Virus record (IMG/VR): IMGVR_UViG_3300025030_000067
Location: 1-64,000 of that record
Direction: 5' to 3' (one strand)
DNA: 64,000 nucleotides
Origin: a virus
The notes beneath the pieces were generated by a model. That model worked only from the letters and a program-made list of their open reading frames with translations. It ran no database searches and was not told where the DNA came from. The translations under genes and the position numbers were made by a program. Shown piece after piece: positions 9,332-18,594 of the stretch (position 1 is its first letter; the number at the start of each line of letters is the position of its first letter).

Positions 9332-10228
9332 CTACAGGTTGTATTTGGTCATTGACCAGCGCACTGCGATATTGTCCGCTGTTCCGTTGGTAACGATGTC
9401 AAAGCCGGTGGTTGTCTTGTTTGTTGCGAATACGTCACCAAGTTGTGTGGCTCCACCGCTGTATCCGGTAACTTCCAGGTCAACGGTGTAATCGTTGTTT
9501 GGCATTGCGAAAGGCAGAACAATGGACACCTTCGGGTATGCTGTGTAGTAGACTGGGTACGCTGCCTGAATAGACGCGGTTTTGGTGAGTGTGCATCCAG
9601 TCAAGTCTTCGGCAGTGTTACTGGCTGGTACGGTTACCCGGTAAAGCACCATTGTGTTTGCCGGCGAAGTGCCGCCCAAGTTGGTCGCTTTCAGGTCTCC
9701 GGTGCTGTCCAGATACAATTCCACATAATCTGTGGCACTACCTGTATTCTGTGCAATTGATGCTGTACTTGTTTGTGCGGATATCGGCACTCTTTGGCCA
9801 TTCACATAGGCCTGTCCTGCCGACAGGTTAACGAGCCGACCGGTGCCGCCTGCAGTCGCGTCGCACCCAGAAACGACTCCGGTATTTCGTAGTATTGCGG
9901 CTCCCTTCTGTGTGCGCTTTGTCAAAAGCGTCTGCAATTCACGGTTTGCGATGCCTGCTTCTGAAATGGCAGCAATCACCATCTGACCGATGTTTGTCTG
10001 CATCTCCGGGTCAAGCAGGTCGTAGGTATCGAGCCGTGCGTCCAGGCTTGCTTTCCCTCCGCGTGCTGCTGCTACTTCGTCAGCAAACTGCTTCAAAAAC
10101 GCTGTGCGGTTTGCAAGCTGTTTTGCCTGCACATTTGCTATACCGCTTGCTCCGCCGACTACCGGGTCAGTTGTTTCGATCTGGTAGATTCCGGAATCGT
10201 ATTGTACGACCTCTGCTACGTTTGCCAT
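9332..10228 (-). CDS. tail fibre/fibre-base protein
   Basis: N-terminal IYQIETTDPVVGG..GIANVQAKQLANRT motif of myovirus tail fibres; C-terminal gp53-like beta domain. Confidence 0.8.
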   Translation of the reverse strand: MANVAEVVQYDSGIYQIETTDPVVGGASGIANVQAKQLANRTAFLKQFADEVAAARGGKASLDARLDTYDLLDPEMQTNIGQMVIAAISEAGIANRELQTLLTKRTQKGAAILRNTGVVSGCDATAGGTGRLVNLSAGQAYVNGQRVPISAQTSTASIAQNTGSATDYVELYLDSTGDLKATNLGGTSPANTMVLYRVTVPASNTAEDLTGCTLTKTASIQAAYPVYYTAYPKVSIVLPFAMPNNDYTVDLEVTGYSGGATQLGDVFATNKTTTGFDIVTNGTADNIAVRWSMTKYNL

Positions 10229-10241
10229 TGTTTACTCCTTC

Positions 10242-10679
10242 CTAAAAAATAATCGTCCAGCTGCCGTCGAGTGAAATATCGTCCTGTTTTTCTATTGCGC
10301 CTCGGGTCTTGCGTGCGAAGAGGGTGGTGTCTCCGCAGATAAGACCGAATTCCTTGATGCTCATGCCGTTAGCCTCGGTGGTGGCCAGCAGCCAATTGAA
10401 TTGCACTTGTCCGGTTGCGGGATAGCTGACGCTGGCAACGTTTTTGCTGTAGCTACTGGTTAGTCCGGTGTCCGCTGGTGATGGGCCATTACCGTTTGTT
10501 CCAAATCCAATCTTGGTGATGGTTTTGCCGCTACCGGCTCCACCGATCAGGTGAGCCATGGCGTCTTTCGCCACGTTCATGATCATGTTGCTGTCTTCGT
10601 ACTCTTCGATCACCACGCCGTTTTTTATGACCTTTAAACGCAAGGTGCCGCGCATCGCTATTGTGTCTGTCTGAATCAT
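10242..10679 (-). CDS. tail-collar/fibre attachment protein
   Basis: EANGMSIKEFGL...LFARKT...W.IIF motif; lies between baseplate and fibre genes. Confidence 0.7.
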   Translation of the reverse strand: MIQTDTIAMRGTLRLKVIKNGVVIEEYEDSNMIMNVAKDAMAHLIGGAGSGKTITKIGFGTNGNGPSPADTGLTSSYSKNVASVSYPATGQVQFNWLLATTEANGMSIKEFGLICGDTTLFARKTRGAIEKQDDISLDGSWTIIF

Positions 10680-11980
10680 ATGCGTATCTCCTGGATGGTA
10701 TGAATTCCTTGATGCAGCATATCTACTGCGTAGCCAGTTGAGCCGTCGTAACGTAGTGCGCCGGTATATGCCTTGCTCCCGCCGTATGTCCGTTTTCCGT
10801 CGTACAGGTAGTGCTTTTTGACCGACAGTTCGATTCTGCCATCCCGTATCGGTGAGTCCGTGGCGCCGAAGTCCTCGAATCCGTCAAAGTCGGCCAATCC
10901 GTCGTAACAGATCTGCACGGCCTGGCGATCGCTTGCGGTCACATGGGCTGCTTGGGTGTCGCTCTCCCATGAGTTGTTGTGTAATGTTCTTGTAGCTGCC
11001 CACCCGCTCCACATCCGTGTTCCGCCGTAAGTCATGGAGCCATTGAATGCCTGAATGTCGGCATTGTTGTAGCTCAGTGACCCGTCATATCGTATCCCCC
11101 ATGGCAGGATATCGGAGGCTATGGCATGAGCAGAGGTTGTCTGGGTGTCGTTGATATCGGCTTTATCGGATAGTTCTTGCCGCATCAGGAATGATTTGAA
11201 TTTCGTGCCGGCTGCCCGACGCTTGTTTATGACGCCTCGAGCGTGCTGCAGGATTGTTGATAGCGGGGTTGAAGTCTCTGCGAGCGTGATATTGCACTCG
11301 AATTGGGCTGGTTGTTCGAGGCCACTGTATGTGGCCCCAGCGTCATAGAGTAGCGCAGCATTGTACATTTCGGTGATGTCTGCCGTGGCGTCAACGATCG
11401 ATGCGTCGGTGATTCCGGACAGTGCCCGTATTGCATTCGCTATCGCTGTGTTGTTGCACGAGCCAGCATTGATTGAAGCAATCACCAGATCGCGGTATTC
11501 TTCATCCGTTACTCCGCCACGTCCGATTCCGAAATAACCTTCTCCCCACACATCCAACCAATCCTCGTCTGCCGAATGGAGATAGAGTTGCTTCTCTGCG
11601 CCGTCGATTCTTGATGACTGCTGTTCAAGAGCCCATGCATATGTGAGCATCTCGGCAAAGAATACCGAACTGGGCATATACAGCTTATTGTCCGCTGCTA
11701 TTTCCTGTTGCGTGCTTGAAAGAATACCTTTAGCCAACAACGGAGAGTATTCGGAGCTGGTGGGGGTGGCCGTGATCGGAGTGGTAGTGCTAATCTCGGT
11801 GGCCAGTTGCAGGACGGTCTTGTTTGCCTTCAAGATTCTGGTTACGCTTGTTCCTGATGTGACAATTATCGACTCACTGTCGATGGTCAGGACGGCGTTG
11901 CCGGAAAGACTCAAAACCGCAACAGGCTTTGGGTCTTTATTGAATACCCGGTGTAGTCTATTTATGATCCGATTGATCAT
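10676..11980 (-). CDS. baseplate wedge protein (P2 I / Mu gp48-like) with Tyr-Asp-Gly repeats
   Basis: WLDVWGEGYFGIGR..TDEEYR motif, RAAGT, repeated YDG/YxG motifs; follows baseplate J. Confidence 0.7.
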   Translation of the reverse strand: MINRIINRLHRVFNKDPKPVAVLSLSGNAVLTIDSESIIVTSGTSVTRILKANKTVLQLATEISTTTPITATPTSSEYSPLLAKGILSSTQQEIAADNKLYMPSSVFFAEMLTYAWALEQQSSRIDGAEKQLYLHSADEDWLDVWGEGYFGIGRGGVTDEEYRDLVIASINAGSCNNTAIANAIRALSGITDASIVDATADITEMYNAALLYDAGATYSGLEQPAQFECNITLAETSTPLSTILQHARGVINKRRAAGTKFKSFLMRQELSDKADINDTQTTSAHAIASDILPWGIRYDGSLSYNNADIQAFNGSMTYGGTRMWSGWAATRTLHNNSWESDTQAAHVTASDRQAVQICYDGLADFDGFEDFGATDSPIRDGRIELSVKKHYLYDGKRTYGGSKAYTGALRYDGSTGYAVDMLHQGIHTIQEIRI

Positions 11981-13128
11981 AGTATACCCACCGTTATAGT
12001 TTTGGTGCCTTTGGTGTAGACCTGATTAAATGTTGGTGTCAGGTCTCCACTTGGTGCGCTGATTGCCACGTTATAGACTCCCGGCAATCCCATGAGACGT
12101 TCCACAATCACATTAAAAATCAGTTTTTCACCAATTTCCAGAGAAGCGATATAGCTGTCGATCACCTCTTCTGCGACTGTCTTTGTGGCAACTACATCGC
12201 CGCCAGACAGTAACGTGATTGTGGCTGTGGTCGCCACCGGGGTTGTTACTGCTTTTTTTACGACGCAAATTACTCCTGCAGCTTTCCACCCAGGTACAAG
12301 CACGTTGTCTGCCGTGCGGTATCCATCGATGATCTTTTGTGCTTCTGCCACCAGCTCGTCGCTGGCTCCGGTTTCTCCGTTATAGACGTAGCACTCGAAC
12401 TTCCCGACTGGCTCTATCAAGCTGTGCAGAAACGGCTCATATATAACTGCCGACTGGACTCGCTCTGTGATTACCCCGTTTGCACTTGCCAGATATGTAG
12501 TCTTCGCGCCATAAATCACAGCATCGGCGGTGCCTTTTGAGAGTGTTTTGACGTATTCGATGAAGCGCAAGCGTCGTTCATCCTCAGTCTCTCGTTCCGA
12601 ACCACCGGTAACAGCACTTTCGTTGATGACTGTCAGTGAGGATGCGCCGGTCACGGCGGATTTGACGGCTATTATGGTGCCGAGTGCCACGTTTCCGATC
12701 GTGCCGGCCACTGTGCATTGGACGGGAATGTCTACGGTCGCTGTCTGTCCGATATCGATGGATGCGTCGGCAACCGTCTTGAAGAGAACTTCTCCAGCGG
12801 AGAGTGACGCAATGGTGCCAACTATCGTATTTGCCGGAATTGTTATGCTGACACTTACCGGGGCTGGAATAGAAAAAACAGCGGATCCGATGGCTGCCTG
12901 GGCTGGCTGCAACTCAAAATCGAAAGCTCTGTACAGTGCGATCGGAATTGCCTTTTTTAGCGACTGGTACCAGGCGTAGTCCTGGGCTTCCAACTCAACG
13001 GCGATAGTCTCAAACTTGCTTCTGATTTTTGAGCCGACTACGAAGTCAGTGATGGTTTTACAGACACCTGTAAACCAATCGATCATGCTTGCGACGCGGT
13101 CTTCTGCCCTGATGATCTTGTATCCCAT
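11977..13128 (-). CDS. baseplate J-like protein
   Basis: ITDFVVGSKIR, GTIGNV, GGSERETEDERRLR motifs. Confidence 0.9.
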   Translation of the reverse strand: MGYKIIRAEDRVASMIDWFTGVCKTITDFVVGSKIRSKFETIAVELEAQDYAWYQSLKKAIPIALYRAFDFELQPAQAAIGSAVFSIPAPVSVSITIPANTIVGTIASLSAGEVLFKTVADASIDIGQTATVDIPVQCTVAGTIGNVALGTIIAVKSAVTGASSLTVINESAVTGGSERETEDERRLRFIEYVKTLSKGTADAVIYGAKTTYLASANGVITERVQSAVIYEPFLHSLIEPVGKFECYVYNGETGASDELVAEAQKIIDGYRTADNVLVPGWKAAGVICVVKKAVTTPVATTATITLLSGGDVVATKTVAEEVIDSYIASLEIGEKLIFNVIVERLMGLPGVYNVAISAPSGDLTPTFNQVYTKGTKTITVGIL

Positions 13129-13134
13129 GTGGCT

Positions 13135-13172
13135 ATATTATTCCTTGTGTAGCGTATGTCAAATCGTTTGCC
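13135..13172 (-). promoter_or_regulatory. putative promoter containing the 13-bp box (baseplate J)
   Basis: Minus strand GGCAAA-cgat-TTGACA-tacgctaca...-TAATAT (16-nt spacer); ATG 6 nt downstream with no SD. Confidence 0.6.
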
Positions 13173-13181
13173 GACAAAAAG

Positions 13182-15206
13182 TCACGCGATTGGTATCGTG
13201 ACAACCACCGGGTCTTGGTTGTTGATGGGATAAACGTCGGCCTCGAATAAGAGTGCGGTCCCTTCATTATAGAGTCGGACATTGTCCAAGTATTGCACCC
13301 TGGGGTCTGCTTCTGCTGCCAGTCTGCACTCCAGCAGTATGCGTTCCCGCCATACCGGAGTCATTGGTTTGCCTATAAACGTCGGCACAAGGGATCCGTA
13401 TTCAGGGTGTCCCAGCTGTGAGAGCTCTCCTTTCAGCGTATTAATTCGGTGGTAGATCTGCATCGAAAGGTTTTTGTTCCCAGCGGCCACGACAATGTCG
13501 GTGTTGTAGTCCGGCATCAGGCCGTTGTTGTCAAGCATCTCGTCTACTCCGAACAGCATCTCGTCGAATGTTTCAGATGAACCGGAAATCTGGCCGATGC
13601 CGGGGCTGCTGCCTGGTATCGACAGCTTCTGCCCTGGCACTGCGATTGACATTTGCTTCTCGTGCACTGTGACTGCGCTGCCTTTCGGTATGCCTGCCGG
13701 AGCCGAGGTCGTTACGGTGATGGACCACCCGTCGTAGCTCTTAACTACGAGCGTTATGTTGCCGGAGTCAAACGCCAGAATATTGCCTGGCGACGGTGCC
13801 AATCCTTCGATTCTGAACTCTGATGCTGCTTCGGTTATTTCAGGGGCGATCCCAGATGCTATTGACGGAGAAAGAGCGTCCATCGGGTTTGAGGATATGA
13901 ACGGGTAATCCAGGTTGTTGAGGGAGGCGATCTGTTTCCAATCGACGCCGGTTCTGGCTGCTATGGTCTGGATGGTGTCGTTACCGAGCACCGATTCTTG
14001 TGATGCGGCCACTAGTGCAAGTGTCTCGGTATCCCCATCGTAGATTGTTTCTTCCGGGATCTGCATGCCGGTTGCGCCGGCCTGTTGCATTGCCGGTGTC
14101 ACTGGGCCTGTAAGTATCTCTGTGCCGGTTGGCGTCTGTATAGCAGTGCTTGCGGATGGCGTTGTTATGCTCGTAGTCGCATTGGTGGCTGTCCCAAGTG
14201 CTGCTCTTGCGGAGGTGCTTGTCCTTAATGCAGTTGGTGGTGCCACGAACATCTGAGGCTGTTTCCCCATCCCCTGCAGCAGCCGCTGGATTTGTCGCAT
14301 GTCGTTGATGAATTCGTGCGGCAGGTTCGCCAGGTTCTTTGCGGAGGCCATGATGCTGTTCACGGTAGCCAGTGCCGATTTAACCAGGTCGAGCGGGGCA
14401 TGTACCAGGCTGGTGACTCCGTTGGTAAAGTTGGCGACGGCGGTTGATATGGCGGTCATCTGGCTCTGTAGATCGCCTACCAGCGATTGAATCTTCTGAA
14501 TGCCCTGCATTGTGGATTTGTAAGCGTCCAGCAGCTTGCTCCATGTACTGACGTTGGCTGCCGCTGCATCGGTTTGAAGTTTGGTGAGAGGGGTTATACT
14601 GCCTTGAGCCGCATCCGTAAGTACTGCGCTCGCTGGAACCTTATCTTCGGATACTCGCTTGAGCCCGGTCATTTGGATATCGTACTGGTAGAGGTGTCGT
14701 CTTTGTGTGTTTCGGACCAGTGTAAACACGTTGATTTGAACCACCCAGTATTCTTCGTCGTAGAAATTATAGAAATTCAGCGCGGGGAGTTTTTCTGGGT
14801 CTACTTTGTTGCTGTCGAGCCCGTCCATATTGTATGTGCCGAACCGCTCGTAAAGGGAAAGCAGGTTCTGTTCCATCTCTTGATATAATTCCAGACCAGT
14901 CATGTTTTTATGTTCACTCAACGACTTTTGTGGTGCGTTTGCGTCAAAAGTGCCCATGACTCCGAAAACTCCTGACATGGCAAATTTTGGCGGCGCCAGT
15001 CCAATGTTGTCCTCAAATACCCCGCCTTGAGTTACTGTGGTGCTCACTCTTGGCTGATAGGTCATTTTGTAGTTTTCGGGGTTGACCGGCAGCAACATTT
15101 GCCAAGGCTTGTTCGTCTCGAGGTTGGTAACCTCGAACATGAATGGCAGACCTGGTGTCAATACGCTGCTTTTACCTTTCTTTTTCCACGATCCCTTGTT
15201 GGCCAT
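13182..15206 (-). CDS. baseplate/tube-initiator protein with LysM and C-terminal gp25-like domain
   Basis: LPVNPENY N-terminal domain; DTIQTIAAR..WKQIASLNNL LysM-like motif; HPEYGS...EADPRV gp25-like motif. Confidence 0.75.
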   Translation of the reverse strand: MANKGSWKKKGKSSVLTPGLPFMFEVTNLETNKPWQMLLPVNPENYKMTYQPRVSTTVTQGGVFEDNIGLAPPKFAMSGVFGVMGTFDANAPQKSLSEHKNMTGLELYQEMEQNLLSLYERFGTYNMDGLDSNKVDPEKLPALNFYNFYDEEYWVVQINVFTLVRNTQRRHLYQYDIQMTGLKRVSEDKVPASAVLTDAAQGSITPLTKLQTDAAAANVSTWSKLLDAYKSTMQGIQKIQSLVGDLQSQMTAISTAVANFTNGVTSLVHAPLDLVKSALATVNSIMASAKNLANLPHEFINDMRQIQRLLQGMGKQPQMFVAPPTALRTSTSARAALGTATNATTSITTPSASTAIQTPTGTEILTGPVTPAMQQAGATGMQIPEETIYDGDTETLALVAASQESVLGNDTIQTIAARTGVDWKQIASLNNLDYPFISSNPMDALSPSIASGIAPEITEAASEFRIEGLAPSPGNILAFDSGNITLVVKSYDGWSITVTTSAPAGIPKGSAVTVHEKQMSIAVPGQKLSIPGSSPGIGQISGSSETFDEMLFGVDEMLDNNGLMPDYNTDIVVAAGNKNLSMQIYHRINTLKGELSQLGHPEYGSLVPTFIGKPMTPVWRERILLECRLAAEADPRVQYLDNVRLYNEGTALLFEADVYPINNQDPVVVTIPIA

Positions 15207-15433
15207 TATTTCACCTTCCCGGTAATGATCCCGGAACCGGCTGTCCCGGAATCTTTCGAGACTGGCACCAGTTCGCTATTTGCGACTATCTCGTCAATAA
15301 TGCCTTTGCTCATTGCCGTATAAAGGCTCAGGCGGTATGCTGCCATCCCTGCCGCATCGGTTGTCTGTTGTCCTCCGATTGCGTCCACTGCTGCTTGTAT
15401 CTTGGCGGCCATGCCGCTTGCTGTCATCGCCAT
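15206..15433 (-). CDS. small baseplate-region protein
   Basis: 75-aa ORF translationally coupled to its neighbours. Confidence 0.6.
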   Translation of the reverse strand: MAMTASGMAAKIQAAVDAIGGQQTTDAAGMAAYRLSLYTAMSKGIIDEIVANSELVPVSKDSGTAGSGIITGKVK

Positions 15434-15434
15434 G

Positions 15435-16130
15435 TCATTTACTCGCTTTCACGGTGGCTGAAATATGCGCATGCGGTTTCCCTGTGTAGGCGCAGACACT
15501 GTCTCCCTGCACCACACCCTTCGGGCTGCCGCTCCCGCCATCCCATTCTATAGTTCCGTCCGAAGTCCATGCTGTTTTGCCCTTTATATGCACCGTGCAT
15601 TTCCCTTGGGCTACTTCGACGGTAATGTCTCCCGTTTCAACGATTACAATCTCGCTATTCTTGATTTTGACCGTTTCGTTGCCGTTGACGTATGTCGTCC
15701 GATTCCCGTCTTTGTCGATCACGATGTCCGTCTTGTTGCATTTCATGTGATACCGGCGCTTGCCTTTGGGAACTTCAGTTTCTTTAGCCATGATCTCGTT
15801 TGATGGCGGGTTGCAGTACCCGGTAACGATCGGCGATGTCCACATGCCGTTGATGAACATGACAATTACGAAGTCGCCTTCTTCCGGCGTCCATTCCACG
15901 CCGGCGTTCATGTTTACTTTTTGCGCCATCATCGGGACTCTGCTCAGTTCGGAATATCCGCCGAATAGGATGATATCTACCACCGTTTGCAGCAGTGGAT
16001 TTCCGGTTGAGTCTTGAAAATAGACTTTTTTGATAGTGCCCTGGAGGGGATAGGGGAATGACCGCATTTCCTGCATTGCAGGTTTATCGCGTAGGCTTTC
16101 TTGTCGGCGTGCGCCGATCTCACTCAACAT
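15435..16130 (-). CDS. baseplate central spike (gpV/gp45-like)
   Basis: OB-fold motif PEEGDFVIVMFING; beta-helix repeats; C-terminal C-x-x-x-G-x-x-H-x-H tip. Confidence 0.75.
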   Translation of the reverse strand: MLSEIGARRQESLRDKPAMQEMRSFPYPLQGTIKKVYFQDSTGNPLLQTVVDIILFGGYSELSRVPMMAQKVNMNAGVEWTPEEGDFVIVMFINGMWTSPIVTGYCNPPSNEIMAKETEVPKGKRRYHMKCNKTDIVIDKDGNRTTYVNGNETVKIKNSEIVIVETGDITVEVAQGKCTVHIKGKTAWTSDGTIEWDGGSGSPKGVVQGDSVCAYTGKPHAHISATVKASK

Positions 16131-17451
16131 ACTTTTGCCCTCGGGTTACTTGTAGGCTTGTAACGAATTGTAATTGTGGCCAGACAATATACTGGTGAGT
16201 AACCTGTTCGATAAGGTAGGACATCTTCTTATTGTTTCCGAGATCGTGTATCAGTTCGTGTCCTGCTTTAATTTCTGGCCGTAAATGAGTTTGAATTGTT
16301 CCTGACCAATAGTCTTGGTTAAGCCTGTACCAGTTCCAAAGCTTTGATTTCGCTTCTTTGGCACTTTCGAGCCAGACTGACGGAGGTGGCAGCACAAACG
16401 GAATGCGCCACTTTGACTCGGGTGGAACAAACTCGTCTTTTATGGTTTTAGAACAATACCCGTGCGATTCAATAGATGCTTCAGACCATTCGACCAGGTC
16501 ACGGTGTGCCATTGCTATTGGGATGTTCATGCCAGCAGCAGTCAAATAAAACGTAGGCTGATAAAACAGAAAATTGATGCGCTCGGTGTCGCATATTCCT
16601 ACGTCGTCGCTGATAATATCTGAATCGAATATGATGTGCTGTCGATCTGGATTTTGTATAATCCGCCCATAGTCGTCCAATGGCCGATCTTCAAGGGTTA
16701 TTGTGAATAATTTTTTCCCTACGTCGTCTGTTTCTGCCGTTAGTACATTGAATGGACCGTGTGCACATTTCGTCAGCATGTCCCATACGCTACATCCTTG
16801 CAGGTTGATAATTGCCGGGTTCCATAACACCCAGTCATCTTTTGCGTTGCTGGTGTCTACCTTGAAGAATGGGTCCCATTTTGGTAACACTTGAGAAAAT
16901 ACTTTTTTGAAAAGTTTCTCTACCATCACCGGTGGAGTGCCGGTAATAAGGCTGACGTCAAACTGGCGGTTGAGTTGGGCATCTATTTTTTGTACATCGC
17001 TATCGCCGTTTTCCGTTGTAATTAAATTAAATGCGACTATGTCCCAGCCTATATCGTGTTTTAGTAAAAGCTTCCCCATATCTTGGCCGCTTATCTTTAC
17101 TTGGCGCTGTGGGGTGTTCCCGCCTGGCCGTGTGAACGAAACTCTGTCTACTAGGCCCATCATAACGGGTTTGTACCCGTTACCGTCGCCTGCATCGAGT
17201 TCGATTGTGACGATGTCGTCGGTAGTGATGTGCTTGTCGTAGGTATCAATTACCCCGAGGTTGTTCGACACAGCCTTGTACGTCAGCATCATCTGCCACG
17301 TCCCGGCTGCTCGTTCGTAGACCTTGTTAGTTGTCAGGCTTATAAGGTCGTTGCTTACGTCAAAGAGATCTTCTCCGGTGTCGTTGCGGATGAACTTGAC
17401 GCGGTGTTTCGGCGAGTAGCTTCTGAAATATTGAGGTGTGTGTTCTGGCAT
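16120..17451 (-). CDS. baseplate hub protein
   Basis: Position between tape measure and spike; ISGQDMGKLL and YLIEQVTH...LQVTRG motifs. Confidence 0.7.
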   Translation of the reverse strand: MPEHTPQYFRSYSPKHRVKFIRNDTGEDLFDVSNDLISLTTNKVYERAAGTWQMMLTYKAVSNNLGVIDTYDKHITTDDIVTIELDAGDGNGYKPVMMGLVDRVSFTRPGGNTPQRQVKISGQDMGKLLLKHDIGWDIVAFNLITTENGDSDVQKIDAQLNRQFDVSLITGTPPVMVEKLFKKVFSQVLPKWDPFFKVDTSNAKDDWVLWNPAIINLQGCSVWDMLTKCAHGPFNVLTAETDDVGKKLFTITLEDRPLDDYGRIIQNPDRQHIIFDSDIISDDVGICDTERINFLFYQPTFYLTAAGMNIPIAMAHRDLVEWSEASIESHGYCSKTIKDEFVPPESKWRIPFVLPPPSVWLESAKEAKSKLWNWYRLNQDYWSGTIQTHLRPEIKAGHELIHDLGNNKKMSYLIEQVTHQYIVWPQLQFVTSLQVTRGQKYVE

Positions 17452-17457
17452 GTGCTT

Positions 17458-17495
17458 ATGGTAGCAAATCCGTAGCGCATATCAAACTGTTTGCC
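17458..17495 (-). promoter_or_regulatory. putative promoter containing the 13-bp box (baseplate hub)
   Basis: Minus strand GGCAAA-cagt-TTGATA-tgcgctacg...-TGc-TACCAT; ATG 6 nt downstream with no SD. Confidence 0.6.
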
Positions 17496-17579
17496 GTTAT
17501 GTCATTCTATGGGCTTGTCTTTTGGTTGGTGTGGTGGTATCTGTTCGGTGTAGCGTATACCTAAATAACAGGGAGGTTT

Positions 17580-18167
17580 GTGATGAAAATGGTTAGTGAT
17601 GTAGTTAAAGTTCTGGAGGGTTTGGCCGTAGAGGACGCTCTGATTATTCTGGACAATGCAAAAAGCGTTGTCCAGAGCGCATCTGGCTTGGCGGTGTCTT
17701 TCGAGTGTAACCGCGAGATGTTCAAAACCAACTATCCCGAACAGGTACTCGCTGCAACTGTCGATTTTGACAAGGAAAGCCTGGAGGCATTCAAAGAACA
17801 AATCCTCAAGGAAGTTGGCGGTATGAAACTGCGCGAAACTCCAAACGGCATGTTATTTGATGCAATGATTAAGCTGGCAAAAGAGCAGAAAACTACTGAT
17901 TCCGCAGAACCCGCCAAGGCAGACGCACCGATAGCGGAGACTCAGCGCGACACGAAATGCATTGTGGCACCTAAATATGGGACGCAAGAATACCGTGACC
18001 GCGAGAATTACAAAAATTCTGTTGTGGTTGAGGTGTGCAACCTACTGTCGCAACGGAGTCTATCTGTTGCTGATGGGACGAGAGTTCTTGAGGTTGCTAT
18101 TGCTCATCTTGTTTTTTCGCCTGTTGCGCCTTTAGATCGGTTAAATGATGAATATAAGCCGCTCTGA
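17580..18167 (+). CDS. hypothetical protein containing a copy of part of the phage's own portal protein
   Basis: GGAGG RBS. Residues NREMFKTNYPEQVL...KLRETPNGMLFDAMI match the portal (51666-53399). Confidence 0.75.
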   Translation: MMKMVSDVVKVLEGLAVEDALIILDNAKSVVQSASGLAVSFECNREMFKTNYPEQVLAATVDFDKESLEAFKEQILKEVGGMKLRETPNGMLFDAMIKLAKEQKTTDSAEPAKADAPIAETQRDTKCIVAPKYGTQEYRDRENYKNSVVVEVCNLLSQRSLSVADGTRVLEVAIAHLVFSPVAPLDRLNDEYKPL

Positions 18168-18371
18168 TTTTTTGCCTGGCATCTTCGGTTGAGTGTGGTT
18201 TTGGTGATATTAAACCAAGCTCAACAGCCGTTAATTGTGCCGCTACCAGCATGATTGTCTTGTCCATCGTTCTCTCCTTGTGGTGTCTGTTTTGATTGGC
18301 GTCGGCACGATACCACGAGAGAACGGTGGACATCATTTTTTTCTTGCAATTCCTTTCCATGGTATCGTACA

Positions 18372-18590
18372 GTCGCTCACATGAGGCATCGCAACCTCTG
18401 TGAGCGGCCCACGCTCCCGACAGTACGTGTTTTTTTGTGCCTGCAATCTGAAATCTGAACATCTGTATAGTACGTCGGGGAGTGGGCTAATAAAATACCA
18501 GTAATGGAAATAACCCAGCCGTCTCACAGCGGTGCGATCCCCCGGCCTACTCTTAGCCGAGTACGCTTAAGTCAGCAAACTGTGAGGTAA
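18372..18590 (+). ncRNA. candidate C4-like antisense/structured leader of the antirepressor operon
   Basis: Two stems (18372-18408, 18408-18486) and repeated CTCACA(G)/(C)TGTGAG elements, the last overlapping the RBS of the BRO gene. Confidence 0.4.
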
Positions 18591-18594
18591 CACC

